In this document: positions 8,835 to 19,478 of the stretch, piece by piece | Numbering within the stretch: position 1 is the first letter of the stretch | Layout: each line of letters begins with the position of its first letter | Assembly: GCA_963833225.1 (NCBI GenBank) | Contig: CAWHXD010000008.1 | Span: 32,001-96,000 of the forward strand | Source: an uncultured Chloroflexia bacterium | GTDB taxonomy: Bacteria; Chloroflexota; Limnocylindria; Limnocylindrales; CSP1-4 | Length of the DNA: 64,000 nucleotides | Direction: 5' to 3' | The notes under the pieces: model-generated | What the model saw: only the letters and a program-made list of their open reading frames with translations | The model's database searches: none | What the model was told of the DNA's origin: nothing | Position numbers and translations under genes: made by a program

Positions 8835-11236
8835 TGGACGAGCGATCGATCGCACTCCTGGAGTACCCGGCCGTCCGGGACCGGCTCGCCGAGAAGACGT
8901 CGTTCGAGCCATCGAGGCGCCTGGCCCTCGCCCTGATCCCGTCGAGCGACGAGGTCCTCGTCAGGCGTTGGCTGGACGAGACCGACCAGGCTCGATCCCT
9001 GCTCCAGGACCGGCCCGGGGTGGGGATCGGGGCGGCGCACGACATCGATCCCTGGGTGGGCCGGGCGGTTCGCGGCGGCCGGCTCGATCCGCACCAGTTC
9101 CTCGAGATCGCGGAGACCCTCGATGCGGGGGCGCGCCTCGCGACGTCGCTCGCCGACGAGCGCCGGCCGCTGATCCGCGAGCTGGGCCGCCGTCTGCACC
9201 CGCTGCCGGCGCTGCGCAGCACGCTCCTCCGGTCGTTCGATCCCGCCGGCGAGCTGCTCGACACGGCATCACCACGGCTGGGAGCGCTCCGCGCGACCGT
9301 CCGCGTGGCCTACGACCGCCTCCGGCGGCGGCTGGACACGCTTGTCGGCTCGGAGCTCGGGAGCGCGCTCCAGGAGCCCCTGGTCACCATGCGCAACGGC
9401 CGGTATGTCGTCCCCATCCGCGCGGACGCGAGGGCACGGGTCAAGGGCATCGTTCATGACGCCTCGGGCAGCGGCCAGACGCTGTTCGTCGAGCCGCTGG
9501 TGATCGTGGAGATGGGCAACGCGTGGCGGGAGGCCCAGTCCGCGGTCGAGGAGGAGGAGGGCCGGATCCTCGATGAGCTCTCGGCGCTCGTCGGCGGCCA
9601 CGCGGCGCTGTTGCGCGAGACCCTCGAGGCGCTCGCCCAGTTCGACTTCTGGGCGGCGAAAGCACAGCTCGCCGCCGAGCTGGACGGGATCCGGCCCGAG
9701 ACGGGAGACCGGGACGACGTGATCCTGCTCTCCGCGCGCCACCCCGGGCTGACCGGCCGGGTGGTCCCGATCGATCTCCGCCTTGGCGACGGGTACACGG
9801 CGCTCGTCATCACCGGTCCCAACACGGGCGGCAAGACGGTCGCGTTGCGCACCCTCGGCCTGCTGGCGCTCATGCACCAGGCCGGTCTTCACGTCCCGGT
9901 GGAGGCCGGATCCCGGCTTCCCGTGTTCCGCGACGTGTTCGCCGACATCGGTGACGAACAGTCGATCGCCCAGTCACTGTCGACGTTCTCCAGCCATCTT
10001 CGGTCCATCACGCGGATCGTCGAGCACGCGGGTCCCGGCACGCTGGTGCTCCTCGACGAGCTGGGCGCCGGCACGGACCCGACCGAGGGCTCCGCGCTGG
10101 CCCAGGCGCTGCTCGACCACTTCATCCGGTCGGGGGCGCTGGTGGCCGCCACGACCCACTATGCGGAGATCAAGGTCTATGCGCACGAGACCGCCGCCGC
10201 CCGCAACGCGTCCGTCGAGTTCGACCTTGAGACGCTGTCGCCCACCTACCGCCTGACGATCGGGCTGCCGGGCGGCTCGCAGGCCTTCGCCATCGCGGAG
10301 CGGCTGGGCATGCCGGCGGCGATCGTCGCCGATGCGCGAAGTCGCCTGTCCGAGAACCAGCGAGCCTTTGAGTCGACCCTGGCGTCCATCCGCACCCAGG
10401 AGCGCGAGATCGCGGAGGCGGTCGATCGAGCCCGGTCCGCGGAGGCCCGCGCCACCGAGGCGCTGCGCACCGCGGACGACGAGCGCCGCCGCGCGCGCCG
10501 CGAGCGCGATGAGGCGGTGAAGGCGGCGAGAGAGGAGGCGCAGCGCCTCGTCGATGGCCTCAAGGACGACGTCGCCGGGGTTCGTCGCCGTCTGGAGCGG
10601 GAGACCGTGACGGCGCCCGCCATCGACGCCGCGCTCGCCCGCGCCGAGCAGACCCTCGAACGCCTCCCCGAGGCACCCGCACCGCGGGAGCGCCAGGCAC
10701 CCGCTGAGCCGCGGACGTGGCAGCTGGGGGAACGAGCGCGCAGCCGGTCAGGCGGCTGGGAGGGTCGGATCGCGGCCCTCGAGAAGGGCGGCACCCGGGC
10801 GACGCTCGAAGCCGGTGGCATGCGCGTCTCCGTCGCCGTGAGCGACCTCGAGGCGGCATCCGGCATCACCGGCGGCAACGGTCTCACAACTGGTCCCGAA
10901 ACGGAGGCGGATGCCGTCCGCGCGGCGACGCGGGCCGGTGGATCGAGAGGTCGCGGGACGGGGATCTCGAACCTGGGTCTCCAGCGTGCGCGCTCGGTCG
11001 CCTCGTCCCTGGACCTGCGTGGCGCCCGGGTGGACGAGGCGCTCGAGGCGCTCGGGCGCTACCTGGACGATGCGTCGCTGGCCGGGCTGGAGCAGGTGAT
11101 CATCATCCACGGCCTGGGCACCGGGGCCCTGCGGGACGCGGTCCGGACGCAGGCCGCCTCGCACCCGCTGGTGCGGGACTTCCGGGCCGGCGAGCGTGGT
11201 GAGGGTGGCGACGGGGCCACGATCGTCCGCCTGTAG
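8834..11236 (+). CDS. mutS2: MutS2 (Smr-domain ATPase)
   Basis: HDASGSGQT, ITGPNTGGKT, DIGDEQSI, LLDELGAGTDP, coiled coil and C-terminal Smr domain (LDLRG..IIHGLGTGAL). ATG overlaps the mpg stop. Confidence 0.95.
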   Translation: MDERSIALLEYPAVRDRLAEKTSFEPSRRLALALIPSSDEVLVRRWLDETDQARSLLQDRPGVGIGAAHDIDPWVGRAVRGGRLDPHQFLEIAETLDAGARLATSLADERRPLIRELGRRLHPLPALRSTLLRSFDPAGELLDTASPRLGALRATVRVAYDRLRRRLDTLVGSELGSALQEPLVTMRNGRYVVPIRADARARVKGIVHDASGSGQTLFVEPLVIVEMGNAWREAQSAVEEEEGRILDELSALVGGHAALLRETLEALAQFDFWAAKAQLAAELDGIRPETGDRDDVILLSARHPGLTGRVVPIDLRLGDGYTALVITGPNTGGKTVALRTLGLLALMHQAGLHVPVEAGSRLPVFRDVFADIGDEQSIAQSLSTFSSHLRSITRIVEHAGPGTLVLLDELGAGTDPTEGSALAQALLDHFIRSGALVAATTHYAEIKVYAHETAAARNASVEFDLETLSPTYRLTIGLPGGSQAFAIAERLGMPAAIVADARSRLSENQRAFESTLASIRTQEREIAEAVDRARSAEARATEALRTADDERRRARRERDEAVKAAREEAQRLVDGLKDDVAGVRRRLERETVTAPAIDAALARAEQTLERLPEAPAPRERQAPAEPRTWQLGERARSRSGGWEGRIAALEKGGTRATLEAGGMRVSVAVSDLEAASGITGGNGLTTGPETEADAVRAATRAGGSRGRGTGISNLGLQRARSVASSLDLRGARVDEALEALGRYLDDASLAGLEQVIIIHGLGTGALRDAVRTQAASHPLVRDFRAGERGEGGDGATIVRL

Positions 11237-11296
11237 GCCGGCCCGGCGCGGGCAGACCCGTGGCCGCCGCTCAACCGGTGACGGCGCTCGTCCTGG

Positions 11297-14029
11297 CTAC
11301 GGCCCTGGTGTGGGCGTGGGCCTGCCGATGCCGCCGCCGCCGGGATTGGGCGTCGGCGTGGGCTCCGGAGGCAGGGTGGGGCAGGGCAGCAGCGGGTCCG
11401 TCGACACGCACTGGGTTGGCGGCGGAGGTCCGATCTTGCACTTCTTGGTCGGCGCGAAGGCGCCGCCCCACGAGCGGCCAAAGGGGTACCAGCTGATCCC
11501 GTTGCCGGAACCGTAGAAGTACGCCGTGCGGGTGCCTTCCGGACCGCCGGCGACGCCGGGACCGCGGGCAGCCCGCGCCTGCCACCCTGCATCAGCGCGT
11601 TGCCAGGCCTTGAAGCCGGACTCGGCACCACTGTAGTCAACGAAGGCCTTGGTCACCATCGGGCCGATACAGCCGTCCCGCCACAGCAGTCCGCTGGCGG
11701 CGTCCACGTCCACGATCTTCGTATAGCTGGCCGACTTCGTGGGCTCGGTGCCCGGGATGAAGATCTCCTCGACCGTGGGTCTGCCACGGGTGGGCTTCAT
11801 GCCGGTGAACGCGTCCACGGTCGCGGTGACCAGGCCCTTGGGCCGGGTGCGCGAGAATCCCTCGATCTTCATCCCCTTGGACACGTCGGACATGATGGCG
11901 GACCACAGCGGGGCAGAGGTGTCGAGCGAGAGCTTGCCGTCGTTGGGGGAGTTGTCGGAGTTGCCCATCCAGACGCCGGCGACGAGCCCGGGGGCGTCGG
12001 TCGCTGCCGGCTCTGCCAGGTAGCCGTAGGCCAGCACGTCGCGGTTGTCCTGGGTCGTGCCCGTCTTGTAGGCGGCGGGGCGGGCGGTGTTGCCGGCGAC
12101 CCCGTCGGTCACCTTCCAGCGGGCCCAGAAGGGGTTGACGTTGCTCTTCGTGTTGCCGGCGAGGATGTCCGTGATGATGTAGGCCGCCTGGCGGCTGACG
12201 ACGCGCTCGCCCTCGGTCTTGAGGCCCTCGGGCGGCCAGACCTGGGCACCGGTGTCGTCGAGGACCTTGACGATGGTGTGGCGCGGCATCAGGACGCCCT
12301 CATTGGCGATCGCGCCGTAGGCGCTGATCTGGTCGATGGGGTGCACCTCGAGGGTGCCGATGCTCATCGATGCCACCGGCGCGGCCGTGCTGGGAAAGAC
12401 GATCCCGAAGTCCTTCATCCGCTGGAACTGGTGGTCGAGGCCGTTGAGGAACCCGGCCTTGACCGCCGGGATGTTGAGGGAGAACTGGAGCGCGCTGCGC
12501 AGGCGCACCGGCCCCCGCTCGACGTGGTCGGCCTGGGTCGGGGTGTACGCCTTGGCACCCGCGGGGGCGAAGTTGGTGACGACATCCATGAACATGGTCG
12601 CCGCCGTCAGCGTCCGGTCGTCGATGCCGATCAGGTAGATCAACGGCTTGATCGACGACCCGGGTTGTCGCCAGCCGGACCCCAGGACGTCGAACTGCGG
12701 CTGCATCTTCTTGGTGCCCTTCGCCGTGTACGACGCCGAGCCCGCGTAGGCGAGGACCTCTCCCGTCCGGTAGTCCACGACGCCTGCGGCGGCGTTGTGG
12801 ATGTTGTGGCCGCCGAGGTCCTTGATCCATGCCCACTCGCTGTGCTGGATCCCGCGGTTCTTGAGCAGCTGGTCCGGGTTCTTGCTGTTGGGGATGATCG
12901 CGGCCGCGTAGACCCACTTCTCGACGATGCGCTGCATCCGGTAGTCGAGCGACGTGATCACCGTGTAGCCGCCGGTGTCGATCTTCTCGCACTGGGACTC
13001 GCCGCACAGCAGCTGGCCGAGCTCGTCGCGCACCTTCCACACGAAGTGGGGCGCACGCCACGCCTGGGACGCCTGGGAGGCGAGCACCACGGGTTCCGCC
13101 TTGGCCGCCTCGTAGTCGTCGCTGGTGTACTTCGACCCGGACAGCGGAGAGCGGGTCTTCATCCACTCGAGGATCTCGTTGCGGCGCTGGACGATCGCGG
13201 TTGTCGGCGGCACGACGAGGCAGGTCGTCGTCTTGCCATTCGGTCCGGCACAGTCCTCCTCGACCGCGTTCTGGACCAGGTCGTACGCGCTCGGGGACTT
13301 GGGGATCCCGGCCAGGATGGCGTACTGGGCGAGGGTGAGGTCCGCCAGGTTCTTGCCCCAGTAGCTGTGCGCGGCGGCGGCCACGCCGTAGCTCCGGTTC
13401 CCGTAGTAGTTGTTGTTCAGGTAGGACTGCATGATCAGCTTCTTGCCGTCCTCGCCCGGATAGGCTTCGGTCAGCCGGATCGACTGGATGATCTCCCGCA
13501 GCTTCCGCTGGTACCGGTCGGCGCCGGGGGCGACGTCGGCGGCCGGCAGCAGGCGGTTGCGGACCAGCTGCTGGGTGATCGTCGACCCGCCGCGATCACG
13601 GCCGTTGAGCGTGTCCCAGGCGGCGGCGATGAAGGACATGGGGTCGAAGCCGGCGTTCGCCCAGAACGTGTCGTCCTCGATCGCGGTCGTGGCATCCACG
13701 AGCTCCGGCGGGATCTGGTCGAAGGTCACCAGCTCCCGGCGATCGGATCCGAGTCGCGCGAGCAGCACCTGGCCGGTGCGGTCGTAGACACCCGTCTGCT
13801 GGTCATAGCTGATCGCCTCGAGGGCCTGCTTGGGATCAGGCAGATCCCGGGCCAGGTACGAGTACCCGGCAACCACGCTCGTCGCGCCGACGAAGCCGAG
13901 GAGCGCGAGCGTCGTGAACAGGATCAGCGGGAGGGCGACCGCCACGTACTTGGCGGCACCGCTGCCACGCGGGCGGCGCTTGTCGTGCAACCGACGACGG
14001 CGCTGCCTCCGGGAGAGGCTGGTCTGCAT
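11297..14029 (-). CDS. Class A penicillin-binding protein (transglycosylase/transpeptidase)
   Basis: N-terminal TM helix, EDDTF and GGSTITQQ GT51 motifs, SSIK, SLN and KTGT transpeptidase motifs, Pro-rich tail. Confidence 0.93.
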   Translation of the reverse strand: MQTSLSRRQRRRRLHDKRRPRGSGAAKYVAVALPLILFTTLALLGFVGATSVVAGYSYLARDLPDPKQALEAISYDQQTGVYDRTGQVLLARLGSDRRELVTFDQIPPELVDATTAIEDDTFWANAGFDPMSFIAAAWDTLNGRDRGGSTITQQLVRNRLLPAADVAPGADRYQRKLREIIQSIRLTEAYPGEDGKKLIMQSYLNNNYYGNRSYGVAAAAHSYWGKNLADLTLAQYAILAGIPKSPSAYDLVQNAVEEDCAGPNGKTTTCLVVPPTTAIVQRRNEILEWMKTRSPLSGSKYTSDDYEAAKAEPVVLASQASQAWRAPHFVWKVRDELGQLLCGESQCEKIDTGGYTVITSLDYRMQRIVEKWVYAAAIIPNSKNPDQLLKNRGIQHSEWAWIKDLGGHNIHNAAAGVVDYRTGEVLAYAGSASYTAKGTKKMQPQFDVLGSGWRQPGSSIKPLIYLIGIDDRTLTAATMFMDVVTNFAPAGAKAYTPTQADHVERGPVRLRSALQFSLNIPAVKAGFLNGLDHQFQRMKDFGIVFPSTAAPVASMSIGTLEVHPIDQISAYGAIANEGVLMPRHTIVKVLDDTGAQVWPPEGLKTEGERVVSRQAAYIITDILAGNTKSNVNPFWARWKVTDGVAGNTARPAAYKTGTTQDNRDVLAYGYLAEPAATDAPGLVAGVWMGNSDNSPNDGKLSLDTSAPLWSAIMSDVSKGMKIEGFSRTRPKGLVTATVDAFTGMKPTRGRPTVEEIFIPGTEPTKSASYTKIVDVDAASGLLWRDGCIGPMVTKAFVDYSGAESGFKAWQRADAGWQARAARGPGVAGGPEGTRTAYFYGSGNGISWYPFGRSWGGAFAPTKKCKIGPPPPTQCVSTDPLLPCPTLPPEPTPTPNPGGGGIGRPTPTPGP

Positions 14030-14124
14030 TGCGGCCGTGACGATACCATGATGCGGATGGATTCCCGTTTGACCCGATCGGGCCGGACCCTCGACGGTCC
14101 CGGCCCCGTGGCTGTGACGTGCCG

Positions 14125-15434
14125 ATGACCGGCCTGCCTTCCGGGACGGGTGACGCCGCGCTGCACAGGCTGCTCGACGAGCTCGAGTGGCGCGGGATCC
14201 TGCATGCGGCGACCCCCGGGCTCCAGGAGCGGCTCGCTGCGGGCCGGACCATCAGCGGGTACAACGGATTCGACCCCTCGGGTGACTCGCTGCACATCGG
14301 CCACCTGATCCCCATCCTCGGCCTGCTCCGCCTCCAGCGTCACGGTGGACGACCGGTCGCGCTGGTGGGGGGCGGAACCGGGATGATCGGCGATCCATCC
14401 GGCCGCTCGGCGGAGCGAAACCTGCTGGACGCCGCGACGATCGAGCACAATGTCGCCGCGATCGGCGCCCAGCTGGAGCGGTTCCTGGACTTCTCGCCGG
14501 GCCCGTACCAGGCCCGGATGGCCAACAACCACGACTGGCTTGGGTCCATCTCGCTGATCGACTACCTGCGCGACGTGGGCAAGCACTTCACCGTTCCGTA
14601 CATGCTGGCCAAGGACTCCGTCCAGGCGCGGCTCGAGCGCGGCCTGTCGTTCACCGAGTTCAGCTACATGACCCTCCAGGCGCTCGACTTCGCCACCCTG
14701 TACCGCGAGTACGGCGTTGAGCTGCAGATGGGCGGCGCCGACCAGTGGGGCAACATGACGGCCGGCCTGGAGCTGATCCGGCGCACGGCCGGGGACGACG
14801 ACGCGAGCCCCGCCCACGCCATCGCCTTCAAGCTGCTGCTCTCACCCTCCGGGGCCAAGTTCGGGAAGAGCGAGGGTGGGGACTCCGTGTGGCTGGATCC
14901 GGCACGGACGACGCCCTACGCGCTGTACCAGTACTGGATCAACGTCGACGACCGCGATATCGGGACGTACATGCGCTGGTTCACCACCTGGACCCGGGAC
15001 GAGATCACCGGCCTCGACACCGAGGTCGCCGAGCGCCCAGAGGGTCGCGAGGCGCAGCGCCGGCTGGCGTTCGACGTGACCCAGCGGGTGCACGGGGATG
15101 CCGCGGCGCACGAGGCCGTCCGCGTGACCGCGGCGCTCTTCCAGCGGGAGCCGGTGACCGATCCGGCGTTGCTGGCGACCGTGCACGCCGCGACGAACGG
15201 CCCCAGCGTGGCCGCCCGGACGCTGGATGCCGGGGCCGCCGTGCTCCTGGCGGAGACGGGCCTGGCGCCGTCAAGGGGCGAGGCCCGACGGCTCGTTGCC
15301 GGTGGCGCCATCACGTCAACGGCGTGCGGATCACGGACGCGGCAGGGGCCCTGCCGGAACCGGTTGCCGGCGAGTGGCTCGAGGTCCGCGTGGGCAAGCG
15401 CAACCGGGCCGTGGTCCGAGTCACCCGCGAGTAG
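14125..15434 (+). CDS. tyrS: Tyrosine--tRNA ligase (apparent 1-nt deletion near 15315)
   Basis: GFDPSGDSLHIGH, QMGGADQWGN and KFGKS. The S4 domain continues in another frame (VNGVRI..VRVGKRN) to TAG 15434. Confidence 0.93.
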
Positions 15435-15483
15435 GGGATCGACCCGGGCGGGAGGGCCGTCCGGGTCCACGCGATGGCCCCGT

Positions 15484-16242
15484 TCAGGCGCCGCCGGGGA
15501 CCCCATGGCGGGCCCGGAGGACGTCCAGCACGGCACGTGGCTCGATCCCGCGTTGGGCGAGCAGCACCAGCGCGTGGTACACGAGGTCGCCGGCCTCGCC
15601 GACCAGGAGGGCCCGGGTCTGGTCGCGGTCCTCGCCGGCACGCTCGGCCGCTTCGTCATTCTTGGCCGCCAGCAGGACCTCGGTGGCCTCCTCGGCGACC
15701 TTGCGACCGGCGACATCGACCCCGCCATCGAGCAGCGTGACCGTGTAGGACCCCGCGGGACGAGCCGCGGCGCGGTCGGAGATCGTCGCCCATAGCGCCT
15801 CGAGCCAGCGGAACCCCTGGGGCTCTGGACCAACCGGTTCGGTCGAAAGGTCGACGGGGCCTGGCCCGGCCACGGCCTCCGAGAGGGCGTCGGGGTCAAA
15901 GCAGGAGCGCGTCTCCCGGTGGCAGGTGGGGCCCACGGGCTCCACGCCGATCAGCAGCGCGTCACCATCGCAGTCGAGCGCCAGCGACCGCAGCCGCAGC
16001 ACGTGGCCGGAGGTCTCGCCCTTGCGCCACAGGCGCCCACGGGCCCGTGAGTGGAAATGGACATCGCCGGTGCCCAGCGTGGCGGCGAGGGCCTCGACAT
16101 CCAGCCAGCCCACCATGAGGATGCGCCCGTCGGCCACGTCCTGGACGACGCCGACCACCAGCCCGCCGGCATCCCAGGCGACGGCGGCCGGGTCGAGACC
16201 CAGGTCGACATCCACGGGCCCAGGTCGCGTCAGCCACGTCAT
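15484..16242 (-). CDS. hisIE: Bifunctional phosphoribosyl-AMP cyclohydrolase/phosphoribosyl-ATP pyrophosphatase
   Basis: [27 protein letters not shown] and EAGDLVYH. Confidence 0.95.
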   Translation of the reverse strand: MTWLTRPGPVDVDLGLDPAAVAWDAGGLVVGVVQDVADGRILMVGWLDVEALAATLGTGDVHFHSRARGRLWRKGETSGHVLRLRSLALDCDGDALLIGVEPVGPTCHRETRSCFDPDALSEAVAGPGPVDLSTEPVGPEPQGFRWLEALWATISDRAAARPAGSYTVTLLDGGVDVAGRKVAEEATEVLLAAKNDEAAERAGEDRDQTRALLVGEAGDLVYHALVLLAQRGIEPRAVLDVLRARHGVPGGA

Positions 16243-17036
16243 GCTGGCACCCAGGCGGGCACGGTGCGGACTGGCAGTCCGGCGGCAGCCATGACGGATT
16301 TGACCTCCGCGATCGAGTAGGTGGACCGGTGGAAGATCCCGGCCGCGAGGACGGCATCGGCGCCACCGTCCCGGATGGCCTCCACGAAGTGGGCGGGACC
16401 CGCGGCTCCGCCGGAGGCGATGACCGGAACCGGAACCTGCGACGAGATGGCCCGGAGCAGCTCCGTGTCAAAGCCCGACCCCGTCCCGTCCCGGTCGATC
16501 GAGGTCACCAGCAGCTCGCCCGCACCGAGCTGGACCGCACGCAGCGCCCACTCGACGGCATCGAGGCCGACCGGCTCGCGACCGCCCTTGACCACGACCT
16601 CGAACCCCGACGGGATCGTCGTGGTGGCCGCGGCGGTGCGTCGGGCATCGATCGCGACGACCACGGCCTGGCCTCCAAAGCGCGCCGCGCACCGCGTCAC
16701 GAGCCCCGGGTCCGCCACGGCCTGGGTATTGAGGCTCACCTTGTCGGCGCCCGCCCGGAGCACGTCGCGCATGTCCTCCACAGATCGCACTCCGCCACCG
16801 ACGGTCAACGGCACGAACGCCCGGCGCGCCGTCCGCTCCACGATGTCGAGGAGAGTGCCACGGCCTTCCGGAGCGGCGGTGATGTCGAGGAACACGATCT
16901 CATCGGCCCCTTCGCGCGCATAGCGCTCGGCGAGCTCGGGCGGGTCGCCCTCGTCGGTGAGGTCCACGAAGCGAGTGCCCTTGACGACGCGGCCGTTGGC
17001 CACGTCGAGGCACGGGATGACCCGGCGGCGAAGCAT
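16239..17036 (-). CDS. hisF: Imidazole glycerol phosphate synthase cyclase subunit
   Basis: [20 protein letters not shown] and TSIDRDGT. Confidence 0.97.
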   Translation of the reverse strand: MLRRRVIPCLDVANGRVVKGTRFVDLTDEGDPPELAERYAREGADEIVFLDITAAPEGRGTLLDIVERTARRAFVPLTVGGGVRSVEDMRDVLRAGADKVSLNTQAVADPGLVTRCAARFGGQAVVVAIDARRTAAATTTIPSGFEVVVKGGREPVGLDAVEWALRAVQLGAGELLVTSIDRDGTGSGFDTELLRAISSQVPVPVIASGGAAGPAHFVEAIRDGGADAVLAAGIFHRSTYSIAEVKSVMAAAGLPVRTVPAWVPA

Positions 17037-17689
17037 CAGGCGGCCCGCTCTGCCGACGCCCGCGCGGCTGCCGCGAGGACGTTGGCGACCAGCCGCAGGC
17101 CGGCGGTCGATGATCGCTCCGGGTGGAACTGCACGCCCAGGAGCCGTCCGCGCTGGACCGCGGACACGAATGTCGCCCCGTGCTCGGTCTGGGCAAGCGC
17201 CACATCGGCGGCCGAGGCTGCCGGCAGGCCAACGTACGAATGCACGAAGTAGAAGTCCGCGTCCGGCTCGATGCCGTCGAACGCCGGGTGCTCGCGCCGC
17301 CGAACGACCTGGTTCCAGCCGATGTGCGGCAGCGTGGGGGCGTCGTGCAGGCGCACGGTCCGGCCCGGGATGACGCCCAGGGTCTCGGCGCCGTCCTCAT
17401 CGGAGCCATCGAACAGGAGCTGGAGCCCGAGGCAGATGCCCAGGAACGGGCGATCCGCCTCGATCCACGCGCGGATGGGCTCCACGAAGCCGCCGGCCCG
17501 CAGCCGGTCCATGGCCGGGGCGGCCGCCCCGACACCGGGCATGACGAGGAGGTCGGGGCTGCCGATCTCGGCGGCCGTGACGGCACGGTGGACACGGGCG
17601 CCCGCCGCGGAGAAGGCCTGCTCGATGGACACGAGGTTGCCGGCGCCGTAGTCCACCACCGCGACCGTGGGCGTCGTCTGGCGCGCCAT
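17036..17689 (-). CDS. hisH: Imidazole glycerol phosphate synthase glutaminase subunit
   Basis: DYGAGN, PGVG, GICLG, YFVHSY and QFHPERS. Confidence 0.96.
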   Translation of the reverse strand: MARQTTPTVAVVDYGAGNLVSIEQAFSAAGARVHRAVTAAEIGSPDLLVMPGVGAAAPAMDRLRAGGFVEPIRAWIEADRPFLGICLGLQLLFDGSDEDGAETLGVIPGRTVRLHDAPTLPHIGWNQVVRRREHPAFDGIEPDADFYFVHSYVGLPAASAADVALAQTEHGATFVSAVQRGRLLGVQFHPERSSTAGLRLVANVLAAAARASAERAA

Positions 17690-18315
17690 CACCCGAGCGC
17701 GCCCTTCGTGGAGGCGACGCCGGCCCGCCTTGGATCCGGCTCGCAGGCGACTCGCAGCGCTCGCCCCAGGGCCTTGAAGGCGGCCTCGGCGAGGTGATGG
17801 TCGTTGCGTCCCGAGCCACGCAGGTGCACGGTGGCCCCGGCGGTCCGGGCAAAGGACTCGAGCGCGTGGTCGACGAGCTGCAGCGGCAGCGCCCCCGCGC
17901 GTTCCGACCGGAACGGGAGCTCGATCACGGCGTAGGGCCGCCCGCCGATGTCGATCACGGCCGTCGCGGCGGCCTCGTCCATGGGCACGGCGCTGTCGCC
18001 GAACCGGCGGATGCCGGCCCGGTCGCCGAGCGCCACCGCGAACGCCGCGCCCAGGACGAGCGCGACGTCCTCGACCGTGTGGTGCTCGTCGACATCGAGG
18101 TCGCCCGTGGCGCGGATCTCGAGATCAAACAGGCCGTGGTGGGCGAGCGAACCGAGCAGGTGGTCGTAGAAGCCGACCCCGGTCTCGATGGCGGTGGTGC
18201 CGGACCCGTCGAGGTCGAGGGCGATCGTGATGTCGGTCTCCCGGGTGCGCCGCGCGACGCGGACGCGTCGTCCGTCGCGCTCGAGCACGTCGAGGGTCCC
18301 GAGCGGGGTGGTCAT
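17689..18315 (-). CDS. hisB: Imidazoleglycerol-phosphate dehydratase
   Basis: RRTRETDI, DEHHTVED, PMDEA and NDHHLAEAAFKA. The ATG overlaps the hisC stop, so the longer ORF from 19170 is spurious. Confidence 0.96.
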   Translation of the reverse strand: MTTPLGTLDVLERDGRRVRVARRTRETDITIALDLDGSGTTAIETGVGFYDHLLGSLAHHGLFDLEIRATGDLDVDEHHTVEDVALVLGAAFAVALGDRAGIRRFGDSAVPMDEAAATAVIDIGGRPYAVIELPFRSERAGALPLQLVDHALESFARTAGATVHLRGSGRNDHHLAEAAFKALGRALRVACEPDPRRAGVASTKGALG

Positions 18316-19478
18316 GCGCTGGCCTCCTCGGCAATGGCGGGCAGGGTCGGAGCGATGGCACGCACGGCCTCGAGCAGGCGGTCGTCTTCCTCCGGATCGC
18401 GGACGGTGACCCGGAGGCAGTGGCGCAGCGGGTGGCGGTGGCCGAAGGTGCGGGGCACCAGGCCCTGACGCATGAGCGCAAGCGAGGCGGCCGCGGCACG
18501 CTCCGCCGTCGCGAGGTCCAGCAGGATGAAGTTGGTGTCCGACGGCTGGGGCCTCCAACCTGCAGCCTCGAGACCCGCGGCCAGTCGCGGACGCTCGCGG
18601 CGGACCCGTTCGACGTTGGCGCGCATGGCCGTCTGGTCCCGGAGCGCGTGGGCGACCGCCGTGACGGAGATGGTGCCGATCGATCCCGGGGCCCGGTAGA
18701 CGGCGATCCGCCGGATCGTCTCGACCGCGCCGACCGCGAAGCCCACGCGCAGACCGGCCATCGCGTACGCCTTGGAGGCGGTGCGGACGGCGACGACGTT
18801 CGGGTAGCGCTCCCGCAGGCGCACCACGGACGCACCCGTGAACTCGCTGTAGGCCTCGTCGACAACGACCGCCGGCACCCCGCGCCCATCGACCGCCGCA
18901 TCCGCGTCGATGCCCTCGAGCAGCGCCTCGATGGCGCCTTCGGGCTCCAGGCGCGCGGTCGGGTTGTTGGGATTGCAGATCCAGACCAGGGTCGCGCGGC
19001 GGGCCGCCTCGCGCATCCCGGGGACGTCCATGGCCCATCCCTGGTCCGCGCCCATGCGTGGGACGGCGATCACGTGCCCACCCCGCTGCTCGGCGTGGAT
19101 CTGGTACATCGGGTATGTGGGCACGGGGACCGCGATGGACTCGCCCGCGGGCAGGAACGCCTTGGTGCACATGTCGAGCACCTCGTCCGCGCCGGCTCCC
19201 GGGACAAGCTCCTCGGTGGTGACGCCGTACGCGGCCGACGCCGCCTCCACCAGGCGCCGGTAGTCGCCGGGCGGGTACTCGGAGAGCGGTGTCTCGAACA
19301 CGCCGGCGGCGAGGATCCCCGCAAGCTCGGGCGGCGGCGCCGGGGACGTGTTGAGGTCAAAGCGAAGGACCTTCGACAACGGGATCCCGAACCGCTCGGC
19401 GATCCCCTCGTCGGTTGCCTCCCAGCTGTAGGAGGACGGGTCGGTGGGCGAGCTGACGGAGAACGGGCTGGGGCTCAC
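18312..19478 (-). CDS. hisC: Histidinol-phosphate aminotransferase
   Basis: GADE, CNPNNPT, VVDEAY and RTASKAYAMAGLRVG (PLP lysine). Confidence 0.93.
   Translation of the reverse strand: MSPSPFSVSSPTDPSSYSWEATDEGIAERFGIPLSKVLRFDLNTSPAPPPELAGILAAGVFETPLSEYPPGDYRRLVEAASAAYGVTTEELVPGAGADEVLDMCTKAFLPAGESIAVPVPTYPMYQIHAEQRGGHVIAVPRMGADQGWAMDVPGMREAARRATLVWICNPNNPTARLEPEGAIEALLEGIDADAAVDGRGVPAVVVDEAYSEFTGASVVRLRERYPNVVAVRTASKAYAMAGLRVGFAVGAVETIRRIAVYRAPGSIGTISVTAVAHALRDQTAMRANVERVRRERPRLAAGLEAAGWRPQPSDTNFILLDLATAERAAAASLALMRQGLVPRTFGHRHPLRHCLRVTVRDPEEDDRLLEAVRAIAPTLPAIAEEASA

Noticed and set aside
14119-15795. 558-aa TyrS with a novel C-terminal extension
   Set aside because: Artefact of a 1-nt deletion; the normal S4 domain ends at 15434 in another frame.
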